Of a stretch of DNA of 64,000 bases, positions 21,353 through 29,841 are shown piece by piece. The notes below the pieces were generated by a model. It worked only from the letters and a program-made list of their open reading frames with translations, had not been told where the DNA came from and ran no database searches. A program made the translations under genes and the position numbers. Positions within the stretch are counted from its first letter, which is position 1; every line of letters starts with the position of its first letter. This stretch comes from Actinomycetota bacterium. Lineage in GTDB: Bacteria > Actinomycetota > UBA4738 > HRBIN12. The stretch is from contig VAYU01000027.1 in NCBI GenBank assembly GCA_005884925.1, positions 10,194-74,193 on the forward strand, written 5' to 3'.

Positions 21353-23220
21353 GACGATCCGCCCTCCTCGACGATCTCGCCCTCGACCACCTCGTCGTCG
21401 CCCGACGGGGCCTGGCCGTCGGCTCCGGCCTCGCCGCCGCCCGCCGCCGCGGCCGTCGGCTCGGCCTGCGCCTGCTGGTACATGGACTGACCGATGCGGC
21501 TGAAGATGCCCATCACCCTCTCGGAGGCACTGTTCAGGCTCTCCGCCGTGGCGGCCTGATCCTTCAGGAGCTCCCTGAGCTCGTCGTTCGCCTTCACCAG
21601 CTCGTCCTTGTCACCCGCAGGAACCTTGTCGCCCCACTCGCCGAGCGACTTGTCCACGGTGTACGTGAGCTGGTCCGCCTGGTTGCGGGCCTCTGCGGCC
21701 TCGCGCCGCTTGTGGTCCTCGGCTGCGAAGCTCTCGGCCTCCTTCACCATGCGGTCGATCTCTTCCTTCGAAAGGGCCGTCCCGCCGGTGATCGTCATCG
21801 CTTGCTCCTTGCCGGTCGCAAGGTCCTTGGCGGTGACGTTCACGATCCCGTTGGCATCGATGTCGAAGGAGACCTCGATCTGCGGGACCCCGCGTGGCGC
21901 GGGCGGGATCCCCACCAGGTTGAATCGCCCGAGGGAATGGACCGCGGGCGACTGCACCGTCTCCCCCTCGCCCTGCAGGACGTTGATCTCGACCTGGGTC
22001 TGGTTGTCCGCGGCCGTCGTGAAGATCTCAGACTTCTTCGTCGGGATGGTCGTGTTGCGCTCGATCATCCGCTGCACGATGCCGCCGAGCGTCTCCACAC
22101 CGAGCGACAACGGCGTGACGTCCAGCAGCAGGATGTCCTTCACGTCGCCGCGCAGCACCCCCGCTTGAACCGCGGCGCCGATCGCTACGACCTCATCGGG
22201 GTTGACGCCCTTGTGCGGTTCTTTGCCGCCCGTGAGCTTCTTGACGAGCTCCTGGATCATCGGCATGCGCGTGGACCCACCCACGAGCACGACGTGGTCG
22301 ATCGTGGAGACGTCCTTACCCCAGTCCTCCACCGCCATGTCGAACGGGCCCTTGCACCGCTCGACGAGGTCCTCGGTCATCCGCTCGAATTCCGCCCTGG
22401 TCAGCTTCTGCTCCAGGTGCAGCGGGCCGTCGGCCGTCGCGGTGATGAACGGGAGGTTGATCGTGGTCTCGGCGACCTGGCTGAGTTCGATCTTCGCCTT
22501 CTCGGAAGCCTCCTTCAGACGCTGCAACGCCATCTTGTCGTTGGCGAGGTCGACGCCGTGGTTGTCCTTGAAGGTCTTCACCAGCCAGTCGATGACGCGC
22601 TGATCCCAGTCGTCGCCGCCCAGCTGCGTGTCACCGTGCGTCGACTTGACCTCGAAGACCCCTTCACCGATCTCGAGGAGGGACACGTCGAACGTGCCGC
22701 CGCCGAGGTCGAACACGAGCACGGTCCGGTCCTGCCCACTCTTGTCCAGCCCGTAGGCCAACGCCGCCGCCGTCGGCTCGTTGATGATCCGCAGCACCTC
22801 GAGGCCCGCGATCTGGCCGGCCTCCTTCGTGGCCTGGCGCTGCGCATCGTCGAAGTACGCGGGGACCGTGACTACGGCCTGGGTGACCGAGTCGCTGAGG
22901 AACGCCTCCGCGTCACGCTTGAGCTTCAACAGGATCTGGGCGCTGACCTCCTGTGCGGTCCACTTCTTCCCGTCGATGTCGACGGACCAGGCCTTGTCGC
23001 CCATGTGCCGCTTCACCGAGCGGACGGTTCGGTCGGGGTTGGTGATCGCCTGGCGCTTCGCCACTTCCCCGACGAGGATCTCGCCGTTCTTCGAGAACCC
23101 GACCACCGACGGTGTCGTCCGTGACCCTTCGGCGTTGGGGATCACGACGGGTTCGCCGGCCTCCAACGTGGAAACGACCGAGTTGGTCGTCCCGAGGTCG
23201 ATACCGACTGCTCGTGCCAT
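21349..23220 (-). CDS. dnaK: chaperone DnaK (Hsp70)
   Basis: Track ORF (701 aa) trimmed to ATG 23218-23220: [16 protein letters not shown]..., the canonical Hsp70 N-terminus. Confidence 0.97.
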   Translation of the reverse strand: MARAVGIDLGTTNSVVSTLEAGEPVVIPNAEGSRTTPSVVGFSKNGEILVGEVAKRQAITNPDRTVRSVKRHMGDKAWSVDIDGKKWTAQEVSAQILLKLKRDAEAFLSDSVTQAVVTVPAYFDDAQRQATKEAGQIAGLEVLRIINEPTAAALAYGLDKSGQDRTVLVFDLGGGTFDVSLLEIGEGVFEVKSTHGDTQLGGDDWDQRVIDWLVKTFKDNHGVDLANDKMALQRLKEASEKAKIELSQVAETTINLPFITATADGPLHLEQKLTRAEFERMTEDLVERCKGPFDMAVEDWGKDVSTIDHVVLVGGSTRMPMIQELVKKLTGGKEPHKGVNPDEVVAIGAAVQAGVLRGDVKDILLLDVTPLSLGVETLGGIVQRMIERNTTIPTKKSEIFTTAADNQTQVEINVLQGEGETVQSPAVHSLGRFNLVGIPPAPRGVPQIEVSFDIDANGIVNVTAKDLATGKEQAMTITGGTALSKEEIDRMVKEAESFAAEDHKRREAAEARNQADQLTYTVDKSLGEWGDKVPAGDKDELVKANDELRELLKDQAATAESLNSASERVMGIFSRIGQSMYQQAQAEPTAAAAGGGEAGADGQAPSGDDEVVEGEIVEEGGSS

Positions 23221-23280
23221 CTGGTTGCTCCTTTCGGTCACCGCGCGACGCGCGCTACCGTTCTGCTTACCTACCGCTCC

Positions 23281-23309
23281 AACATAGAACCTGAGTGTGG
23301 TATTGACAA
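23281..23309 (-). promoter_or_regulatory. candidate sigma-70-type promoter of the dnaK array (TTGTCA-17 nt-TATGTT on the minus strand)
   Basis: Forward strand reads aacata (23281-86) ... tgacaa (23304-09) with a 17-nt spacer, about 60 nt upstream of the dnaK ATG. A CTGAGT half-site lies in the spacer. Confidence 0.4.
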
Positions 23310-23506
23310 CTTCGGGTTCGGACCGGTCGGAGGCGTGCCAGATCGACTGCGCCCCAATGTGAGGCCGGCCGCCAACCGAGCCGGGCGGATCCTGGGCCCT
23401 CGGCAGACGCCGCGCGCCACTTCCTCCCAACGGGTAAAGCCAACCGTCAGTCAATCCGAAATGGAACTAGTACCGACGACCCGACCGGACGGATGGAGGA
23501 GCACGA

Positions 23507-24199
23507 GTGCGCGCTCCCGGCACGCAGAAGACGGAGCAGCGTCGACAGGGTGGACACCCGACGGTCCGCCATGCCGTGGAAGTGCTGATGCTCGAGGAGC
23601 GCACGCGCTGGGCGATGCAGATCCACGACGGGCTGACCCAGTCGGTGACGTCCGCGGTCCTCGAGCTCCAGACGCTCCGTCACCGGATCGAGACGGACCC
23701 GGCCGGCGCGGTTGAGGCGCTGGAGGAGATCGAGCGGCAGATCCGCGACGATCTGCGACGGATCCGCGAGCTCCTGTTCGACATGACGAACGAGGACCCG
23801 CCGGCGGCCGAGCCCGCGCTCGCCGCGCTCGTTCGCGACCTCGGCGTGCGGTGGCACTTCCCGGTCATGGTCGAGGTCGGTGGCGATCTGGAGGGGATCG
23901 ATGAACCGGTGCTCGAAGCGGTCTACGCGATCGTGAGCGAAGCACTGGCGAACGCCGCGAAGCACTCGGGAGCCCCCGAGGCGCACGTGCGCGTCACGGC
24001 CACCGCGGCCGAGATCCGCGTCGAGATCGAAGACCGCGGCCGGGGGATCGTCGCGGTGAAGGACGAAGACCCCCATTTCGGAGTACCGATCATGCGGGCA
24101 CGCGCCGAGAAGCTCGGCGGGTCGCTCGACGTCGGATCGACCCCGGGACGCGGCACCACGGTCGTGGCCGTGCTCCCCTTCCAGAGAGCAGGTGGATGA
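23507..24199 (+). CDS. minimal soluble histidine kinase (HisKA_3 + HATPase_c, no sensor or TM domain)
   Basis: 230 aa, GTG start after GGAGGAG. H-box WAMQIHDGLTQSV; N/G boxes SEALANAAKHS, DRGRGI, GGSLDVGSTPGRGTTV. No hydrophobic segments. Confidence 0.85.
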   Translation: MRAPGTQKTEQRRQGGHPTVRHAVEVLMLEERTRWAMQIHDGLTQSVTSAVLELQTLRHRIETDPAGAVEALEEIERQIRDDLRRIRELLFDMTNEDPPAAEPALAALVRDLGVRWHFPVMVEVGGDLEGIDEPVLEAVYAIVSEALANAAKHSGAPEAHVRVTATAAEIRVEIEDRGRGIVAVKDEDPHFGVPIMRARAEKLGGSLDVGSTPGRGTTVVAVLPFQRAGG

Positions 24200-24875
24200 C
24201 ATGAGGATCTTGATCGTCGATGACCACGCGTTGGTGCGTCGTGGTTTGAACTACGTGGTGAAGGAGGGCTTTCCCGACGCGGACGTCGCCGAGGCGGAGT
24301 CCTCGGCCGCCGCGCTGGAGATCCTGCACGGCGGAGCCGCGTTCGATCTTGCATTGGTCGACGTCCGGATGCCCGACCTCGACGGTCTGGAGCTCCTCCG
24401 CGCGATCAGGGGCGAATGGGCCGAGATGCCCGTCATCATGATCTCGACCTACGAGAACGCGCCTTACGTCAAGCGGGCGCTCGCCGACGGTGCGGCTGGC
24501 TACCTCTTGAAGGACGCCACGCCCGAGGATCTGGCCCAGGCGATCAACGTCGCGATGTCTGGGAGCGGCAACGTCCTCAGCCCACGGGTGATCCAGAACC
24601 TGTTCGATGACCAGGATTCGTCGGTCGGCAGCAACGGACACAGCCGTCGGAACGAGTACAGCCTGACCCAGCGCGAACACGACATCCTGGCGCTGCTGGC
24701 CGAGGGGCGATCTAACCGCGAGATCGCGCAGGGTCTCTACCTCTCGGAGAAGACGGTCAAAGCCCACCTGGCGGCGATCTTCCGCAAGCTCGGCGTCACC
24801 AACCGGACCCAGGCGGCGATGATGGCCGTGCAGATGGGTGTCGGGCCCGTGCCGGGCGCGTTGCTGGTCGACTGA
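24192..24875 (+). CDS. NarL/LuxR-family response regulator
   Basis: 227 aa, receiver MRILIVDDHALVRRGL...LALVDVRMPDLDG, C-terminal LuxR HTH LTQREHDILALLAEGRSNREIAQGLYLSEKTVKAHL. Overlaps the kinase stop. Confidence 0.9.
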   Translation: MDDMRILIVDDHALVRRGLNYVVKEGFPDADVAEAESSAAALEILHGGAAFDLALVDVRMPDLDGLELLRAIRGEWAEMPVIMISTYENAPYVKRALADGAAGYLLKDATPEDLAQAINVAMSGSGNVLSPRVIQNLFDDQDSSVGSNGHSRRNEYSLTQREHDILALLAEGRSNREIAQGLYLSEKTVKAHLAAIFRKLGVTNRTQAAMMAVQMGVGPVPGALLVD

Positions 24876-24882
24876 CCAGGGC

Positions 24883-25443
24883 TCAGCTCTCGAAGTCGCG
24901 GAAGAAGCGGCTCGGCGTCGGCCCCCGCTGACCCTGGTACTTGTTGCCCGCGCTCCCGTAGGGCGCCTCCGCCGGCGAGGTCAGCCGGAAGAAGGAGATC
25001 TGCCCGATCCTCATGCTCGGATAGATCGTGATCGGCAGGTTCGCGACGTTGGACAGCTCCAACGTGAGGTATCCGTCCCAGCCGGGGTCCACGTAGCCGG
25101 CGGTCGAGTGGATCAGCAGTCCGAGCCGGCCCAAGGACGACTTGCCCTCCAGGCGTGCGACCAGATCATCGGGGATAGCGACGCGCTCCATCGTCGAGCC
25201 CAGGACGAACTCCCCCGGGTGCAGGATGAACGGCTCCTCCGGCTTGACCTCCACCAGCTCCGTGAGGTCCGGCATCTCCTCTCGCACGTCGATGAAGGGG
25301 TAGCGCGAGTTGGCGAAGACCCGGAACTGCGAATCGACGTGCAGATCGACCGACGACGGCTGCACGCAGGCCGGGTCGAACGGGTCGATCGTTATGCGCC
25401 CGGACGCGATGTGCTCGCGGATGTCTCGGTCGGACAGGATCAT
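24883..25443 (-). CDS. dcd: dCTP deaminase
   Basis: 186 aa, [35 protein letters not shown]..., conserved Dcd N-terminus. Confidence 0.92.
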   Translation of the reverse strand: MILSDRDIREHIASGRITIDPFDPACVQPSSVDLHVDSQFRVFANSRYPFIDVREEMPDLTELVEVKPEEPFILHPGEFVLGSTMERVAIPDDLVARLEGKSSLGRLGLLIHSTAGYVDPGWDGYLTLELSNVANLPITIYPSMRIGQISFFRLTSPAEAPYGSAGNKYQGQRGPTPSRFFRDFES

Positions 25444-25453
25444 CCGGCCGATG

Positions 25454-26476
25454 CTACCCGGCGTTCGAAACCTCGACCCAACGGTCGAGCGTCTTCAGGG
25501 CGTCGCCCTCATCGATCGCCCGGGCGGCCGTCGCCATGCCTTCTGCGAGGTCCGCAGCGAACCCGGCCACCTCGAGCGCTGCCCCCGCGTTCAGCAGCAC
25601 CACGTCACGGCGCGGGCCCGTCTCGCCGCTTAGGATCCGGTGCGCCAGGTCCGCCGACCCGGCCGGATCCCCGCCCGACAGGTCGCTCGGCCGGGCGCGA
25701 GCGAGCCCGACGCTCCGCGGGTCCAGATGCCGCTCACGGACGGAGCCGTCCTTCACGTCGAAGACCGTCGAGATCCCGGTGGTCGTGAGCTCGTCGAGGC
25801 CGTCCTCGCCGCGGAAGAGCTTCGCTCGGATCCCGCGCCGGGCGAGCACCTCGGCCATCAGGGGCAGCATCCGCTCGTCCGAGACACCCACGACCTGGGC
25901 ATGGGGTGCGGCGGGGTTCGTGAGCGGGCCGAGGAAGTTGAAGACGGTCGGGACGCGGAGCTCTCGGCGCACCGGCGCCGCGTGACCCATGGCGGGGTGG
26001 AAGTTGGCGGCGAACATGAACCCGATGCCGGCATCGGACAGACACCGCTCGACGCCGTGAGGATCGAGATCGATCTTGACGCCGAGCGCCTCGAGGAGAT
26101 CGGCGGAGCCGCAGTGAGAGGAGGCGGCCCGGTTGCCGTGCTTGGCGACCGGAACGCCGGCGCCCGCGACGACCAGGGCCGAGATCGTCGAGATGTTGAA
26201 CGTGCCACTCCGATCCCCACCCGTGCCGCACGTGTCGATCACCGGCTCCGGTGTCTTCACGGGGTTCGCGAACTCGAGCATCGTCCGGGCGAGACCGTCG
26301 ATCTCGTCGACGGTCTCGCCCTTCGTCCGGAGGGCGAGCAGGAACGCACCGATCTGCGCGGGCGTTGCCTCGCCGGCCATGATCTGGCGCATCGCCTCGG
26401 CCGCGTCCTCGGTCTCGAGGTCCTGCCGGCGGGAGAGCCGCAGCAGCAGTTCTGGCCAGAGATCGGGGTCCGGCAT
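25454..26476 (-). CDS. trpD: anthranilate phosphoribosyltransferase
   Basis: 340 aa, [52 protein letters not shown] motif block. Confidence 0.93.
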   Translation of the reverse strand: MPDPDLWPELLLRLSRRQDLETEDAAEAMRQIMAGEATPAQIGAFLLALRTKGETVDEIDGLARTMLEFANPVKTPEPVIDTCGTGGDRSGTFNISTISALVVAGAGVPVAKHGNRAASSHCGSADLLEALGVKIDLDPHGVERCLSDAGIGFMFAANFHPAMGHAAPVRRELRVPTVFNFLGPLTNPAAPHAQVVGVSDERMLPLMAEVLARRGIRAKLFRGEDGLDELTTTGISTVFDVKDGSVRERHLDPRSVGLARARPSDLSGGDPAGSADLAHRILSGETGPRRDVVLLNAGAALEVAGFAADLAEGMATAARAIDEGDALKTLDRWVEVSNAG

Positions 26477-26563
26477 GAGGTTCGGGAGGCTAGCAGCGGG
26501 TGCCTGCGGCCGTCCCCGCGAGCTGGCTAGACTTGCTCCGGCCGCTCATCGCGGTCGGACCAC

Positions 26564-26634
26564 GCGGGTGTGGTTCAATGGCAGAACGCAAGCTTCCCAA
26601 GCTTGAAACGGGGGTTCGATTCCCCTCACCCGCT
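26564..26634 (+). tRNA. tRNA-Gly (anticodon CCC)
   Basis: Hand-folded cloverleaf: acceptor GCGGGTG/CACCCGC, D stem GTTC/GAAC, anticodon stem CAAGC/GCTTG with loop TTCCCAA, T arm GGGGG-TTCGATT-CCCCT, discriminator T. No encoded CCA. Confidence 0.9.
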
Positions 26635-26716
26635 CCGAGACGAGGCAAGAGCTACGCTAGCGGGTCTAGCGACGGCGTTCACCGGGAACAGCCCCTCCCG
26701 GTGGGACGATGGCTCT

Positions 26717-27082
26717 GTGGATCGTGACTCCGATCTCGTCCTCGAATGGAACGAGGGAGTGACGTTCGGACGAGCCGCTGTTCCTTCGGAGGTGGCGTTC
26801 CTCTTCATCGTCAACCGCAGAGATTCGATATGCCAGGACGATCGGGGCGAGTACTGGGCCTTCGTGAGTGTGTTCGACGCTCGGTCCGGGAAGAGGTTGC
26901 CGAGCCACGTTGTAGCGATAGGCGGCGTCGGTCGGACGTACCGTTTGCTGCCAAGCGAGCGGGTCGAGGTTCCGGCTGCCTTCTTCACTGACCTCCGCGA
27001 CCTACCGTCAGGTCCGCATGAACTTGAGGCGACGATCTCAGAGCTGAGCCTTCGCTCACCTCGCGTGTCCATCGAGATCTGA
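26717..27082 (+). CDS. hypothetical small protein (about 121 aa), first gene of the lower-G+C islet
   Basis: The 5' end of track ORF 26570..27082 overlaps the tRNA, so I moved the start to in-frame GTG 26717 (uncertain). Balanced composition (LVLEWNEGVTFGRAAVP...EYWAFVSVFDARSGKRLP...). The antisense ORF is R/S-rich and rejected. No family recognised. Confidence 0.35.
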   Translation: MDRDSDLVLEWNEGVTFGRAAVPSEVAFLFIVNRRDSICQDDRGEYWAFVSVFDARSGKRLPSHVVAIGGVGRTYRLLPSERVEVPAAFFTDLRDLPSGPHELEATISELSLRSPRVSIEI

Positions 27083-27106
27083 CGGCCTTCGGAAAGAAGT
27101 CACGCG

Positions 27107-27697
27107 ATGGTTGCGCCAGCAGCGAGGTCCATCGCCGCTCGCTCTCGGTCACTCTCCAAGATCCGCTCACGCCCTTACACGTTTGGCCCATGGACGCCAC
27201 CTTTCCTTCAGGTGGTCCACGATGAGCCAGTGCGGGTGAGCGACGCCAACGAGCTGGTCGAGGAGGTCTATCGACAGCACGCGGCGAAACTCTGGCGCGC
27301 CCTGGTCGCATACAGCGGCGATCCCGAGGTGGCCAGCGACGCCGTAGCCGAGGCATTCGCGCAGGCGCTCCGTCGCGGAGCGGCTGTGCGAGATGCCGAG
27401 CGTTGGATCTGGAAGGTGGCGTTCCGGGTAGCCGCGGGAGAGCTGAAGGACCGAAAGCTACGCACCACGCAGATCCAGGAGTCTTCGTACCAGCTGCCTG
27501 AGGAAGCGATCGCGATGATGTCCTTGCTGAAACGGCTCTCACCCAAGCAGCGGGCCGCAGTCGTGCTCCACTACTTCGCTGACCTCCCGAACACCGCGAT
27601 CGCGGAGGTCCTCGACGTCAAAACCGCGACGGTCCGCGTCCACCTGAGCCAAGGACGCAAGCGGCTACGCCATCTCCTGGAGGAAGACGATGCCTGA
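27107..27697 (+). CDS. ECF-type RNA polymerase sigma factor
   Basis: 196 aa. Region 2-like EEVYRQHAAKLWRALVAYSGDPEVASDAVAEAF...WIWKVAFRVA; region 4 LSPKQRAAVVLHYFADLPNTAIAEVLDVKTATVRVHLSQGRKRLR. True start may lie further in. Confidence 0.8.
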   Translation: MVAPAARSIAARSRSLSKIRSRPYTFGPWTPPFLQVVHDEPVRVSDANELVEEVYRQHAAKLWRALVAYSGDPEVASDAVAEAFAQALRRGAAVRDAERWIWKVAFRVAAGELKDRKLRTTQIQESSYQLPEEAIAMMSLLKRLSPKQRAAVVLHYFADLPNTAIAEVLDVKTATVRVHLSQGRKRLRHLLEEDDA

Positions 27698-29051
27698 CAT
27701 CCGAGAACGACTCAACGTCTTCAACGACCTCGATCCACCTGATCTTTGGATCGAGGCGCAGCATCGGGAACCGCGCTCTTCGGTCGATGAGGGGCCGACA
27801 ACCGTCAAGAGGCTCGGCGTGATCGCTATCGCGATGTTGATCGCTGCAGCCGGGATCGGGTTCATCATGAGAGCCAAGTCGGTCGCCCCACCACCCGTGT
27901 CTTCCTCGAGTCCGGTCACGATCCCGCCGAACGCGATCGTTTTCGGGTTGGTACCAAGCGATCATCGGAACGCGCCGGAGAATCTTAGCTTCGTCCAGGC
28001 CGAAGGAGGACCGGTGACGTCCTTCGGCATCGTCCCCCAGGGAGACGCTGCGGGTGAAGCGGCGTGGTCGCCGGATGGCGATCGGTTGGCTTTCATCATG
28101 GGCCCGGCAGAGCACGTGCACCATTACGCGGGAGACGGCGACCTGTACGTCCTGGACGTCCGCAGATGGGCATTATCCCAGCTCACAACGGGCTTCGATG
28201 TTTCCAGCCCGTCGTGGTCACCCGATGGCTCACAACTCGTGTTCATCGACGGGCAAGGCGAGGCCTTGGCGACGATGGATGCGGACGGGACGAACCGGGC
28301 CGTGATCGCCCGGTCGCGCGGGTACTACGAGGGGCCTTCCTGGTCTCCGGACGGAGCGCGGATCGCGTTCCAATCCGTTCCGACGCCTGGCAACATCGAC
28401 CGGACCGCGATCTTCACGATCCGTCCCGACGGCAGCGGTGAACGACAGCTCACGGACGGGTCGAGCTCTGAAGGGTTCCCGGCCTGGTCCCCTGACGGGC
28501 GTCTGATCGCGTACTCGGCCGCCGACCGCTTGTGGACGATGGCTTCCGATGGATCGAACCCGCATCCGCTCACGAGGTGTGCACTGCCGTGCGTCTTCGA
28601 CTTCGGGCCCTCGTGGTCACCGGATGGCTTGCACATAGCGTTCGTGCGGCAAGAAGACGGCGGCGCTGCGCGGAGGCTCTATGTGCTGGACCTCGGAACC
28701 GGGCGGACTCGACCTCTGACTCCCGGGGCGGCTGGAGTAGACACTCCCGCATGGAGGCCCGCGACGCCTATCGGTTCGCGCCAGCCCACCCAGGCCCAGC
28801 TTCGCCGCGCCGCCCACGCCCAGCTTGCCGAAGCCCGGGCGGTGCTCCGACACATGCGGCTGGTGTTGAAAAGAGAGCGAAGGGTCCACGATCTGGCCGT
28901 CGCCACAGGACAGGCGAAGCATGCGTTGCGCGCTCACGCGCGGATAGCGTTCGTCCTGACGGCGATCGCGGAAACCAGGGCGCGGGTCGCCTCAATCCTG
29001 ACTAGCCTCCATAACGGATCAGGGCAACCGTCGGCGGCACCCGGCTCGTAA
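27690..29051 (+). CDS. membrane-anchored PD40/TolB-like beta-propeller protein (putative anti-sigma or sensor partner)
   Basis: 453 aa, ATG after GGAGGAAG, 8-nt overlap with the sigma gene. One TM (LGVIAIAMLIAAAGIGFIM); five repeats of WSPDG(x)(x)(I/L)(A/V)(F/Y); helical R/A-rich C-terminal tail. Confidence 0.75.
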   Translation: MPDIRERLNVFNDLDPPDLWIEAQHREPRSSVDEGPTTVKRLGVIAIAMLIAAAGIGFIMRAKSVAPPPVSSSSPVTIPPNAIVFGLVPSDHRNAPENLSFVQAEGGPVTSFGIVPQGDAAGEAAWSPDGDRLAFIMGPAEHVHHYAGDGDLYVLDVRRWALSQLTTGFDVSSPSWSPDGSQLVFIDGQGEALATMDADGTNRAVIARSRGYYEGPSWSPDGARIAFQSVPTPGNIDRTAIFTIRPDGSGERQLTDGSSSEGFPAWSPDGRLIAYSAADRLWTMASDGSNPHPLTRCALPCVFDFGPSWSPDGLHIAFVRQEDGGAARRLYVLDLGTGRTRPLTPGAAGVDTPAWRPATPIGSRQPTQAQLRRAAHAQLAEARAVLRHMRLVLKRERRVHDLAVATGQAKHALRAHARIAFVLTAIAETRARVASILTSLHNGSGQPSAAPGS

Positions 29052-29111
29052 CACGCAGAGGCAGGATCCTTCGCCTTGGATCCGGTCACCCTGTTCATGC
29101 TTTGGATCCCT

Positions 29112-29816
29112 CTACCACGGCCCGCGCCGTTGACGACGCTCCGGCAGGTACCGCGGAGCCGTCGGACACAGGTCTTTGAGCGGACACAGCGCGCACCTGG
29201 GCGTCGGCGCTTTGCAGATCTCGCGGCCAAGACGGATCAGCCCCACATGCAACGAGGTCCTGAGTCCTTCGGGGACGAGGTCATGCAGCAGCCGGCCGGC
29301 ACGTTCGGCGCTCGCCTTCGCCGGCACCAACCCCAGGCGACGAGCGACGCGGTGGACGTGCGTGTCGACCGGGATCGCGTCGCGGCCAAGCGCGAACGAC
29401 AGCACGACCGCCGCGGTCTTCGGACCGATGCCGGGGAGCGACGTGAGGTAGGCGCGCGCCTCGATGTCCGTCATATCGCGAAGTCGCGACAGTTCGTAGG
29501 CACCTTCGCGTTCGTACACCTCACCCAGGATCGCCTGGATGCGTGGAGCCTTCGTATTCGCGAGGCCGCCCGAGCGGATCGTATCCGCGAGGACGGCCTC
29601 CGGCGCCGCGACGACCCGATCCCATGTTGAGAACGCCGCGCGGAGCGAGGTGAACGCCCGGTCGGCGTTCACGTCGCTCGTGTGCTGGCTCAAGACCGTG
29701 AGGATCAGCTCATCGAGGGGATCGTTCGCACGCGGTGGCGAGAGTTCACCGAAGCGGCGTTCGAGCCGCCGAAGGATCGCCCGGACACGTCGGCGCGTCG
29801 CGTTCGGATCCGCCAT
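29112..29816 (-). CDS. nth: endonuclease III (HhH-GPD with 4Fe-4S cluster loop)
   Basis: 234 aa. LPGIGPKTAAVVLSF HhH motif, VDTHVHRVARRLG, C-terminal CKAPTPRCALCPLKDLC cluster. Confidence 0.9.
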   Translation of the reverse strand: MADPNATRRRVRAILRRLERRFGELSPPRANDPLDELILTVLSQHTSDVNADRAFTSLRAAFSTWDRVVAAPEAVLADTIRSGGLANTKAPRIQAILGEVYEREGAYELSRLRDMTDIEARAYLTSLPGIGPKTAAVVLSFALGRDAIPVDTHVHRVARRLGLVPAKASAERAGRLLHDLVPEGLRTSLHVGLIRLGREICKAPTPRCALCPLKDLCPTAPRYLPERRQRRGPW

Positions 29817-29841
29817 CGCCCCGGATGGTACGGAACGCGAC

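Noticed and set aside
23281-23320. Possible HAIR (HspR) operator overlapping the dnaK promoter
   Set aside because: Only one half-site (CTGAGT, one mismatch to CTTGAGT) is present, and the partner arm matches 3 of 7. Reported as an open question rather than a feature.
26626-27072. 148-aa minus-strand ORF in the islet
   Set aside because: The R/S-rich product overlaps the tRNA 3' end. The plus-strand frame has normal composition and is co-directional with the sigma factor gene.
26640-29060. Mobile genetic element call for the tRNA-adjacent islet
   Set aside because: No integrase, transposase or excisionase, and no convincing direct repeat of the tRNA 3' end (best match 12 of 19). Described as a compositional islet only.
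29052-29111. Three GGATCC hexamers (29064, 29078, 29104), including a TTGGATCC direct repeat, in the convergent gap before nth
   Set aside because: The hexamers can form only a 6-bp stem. This is most simply a weak terminator region, and there is too little information to call a repeat element or an att site.
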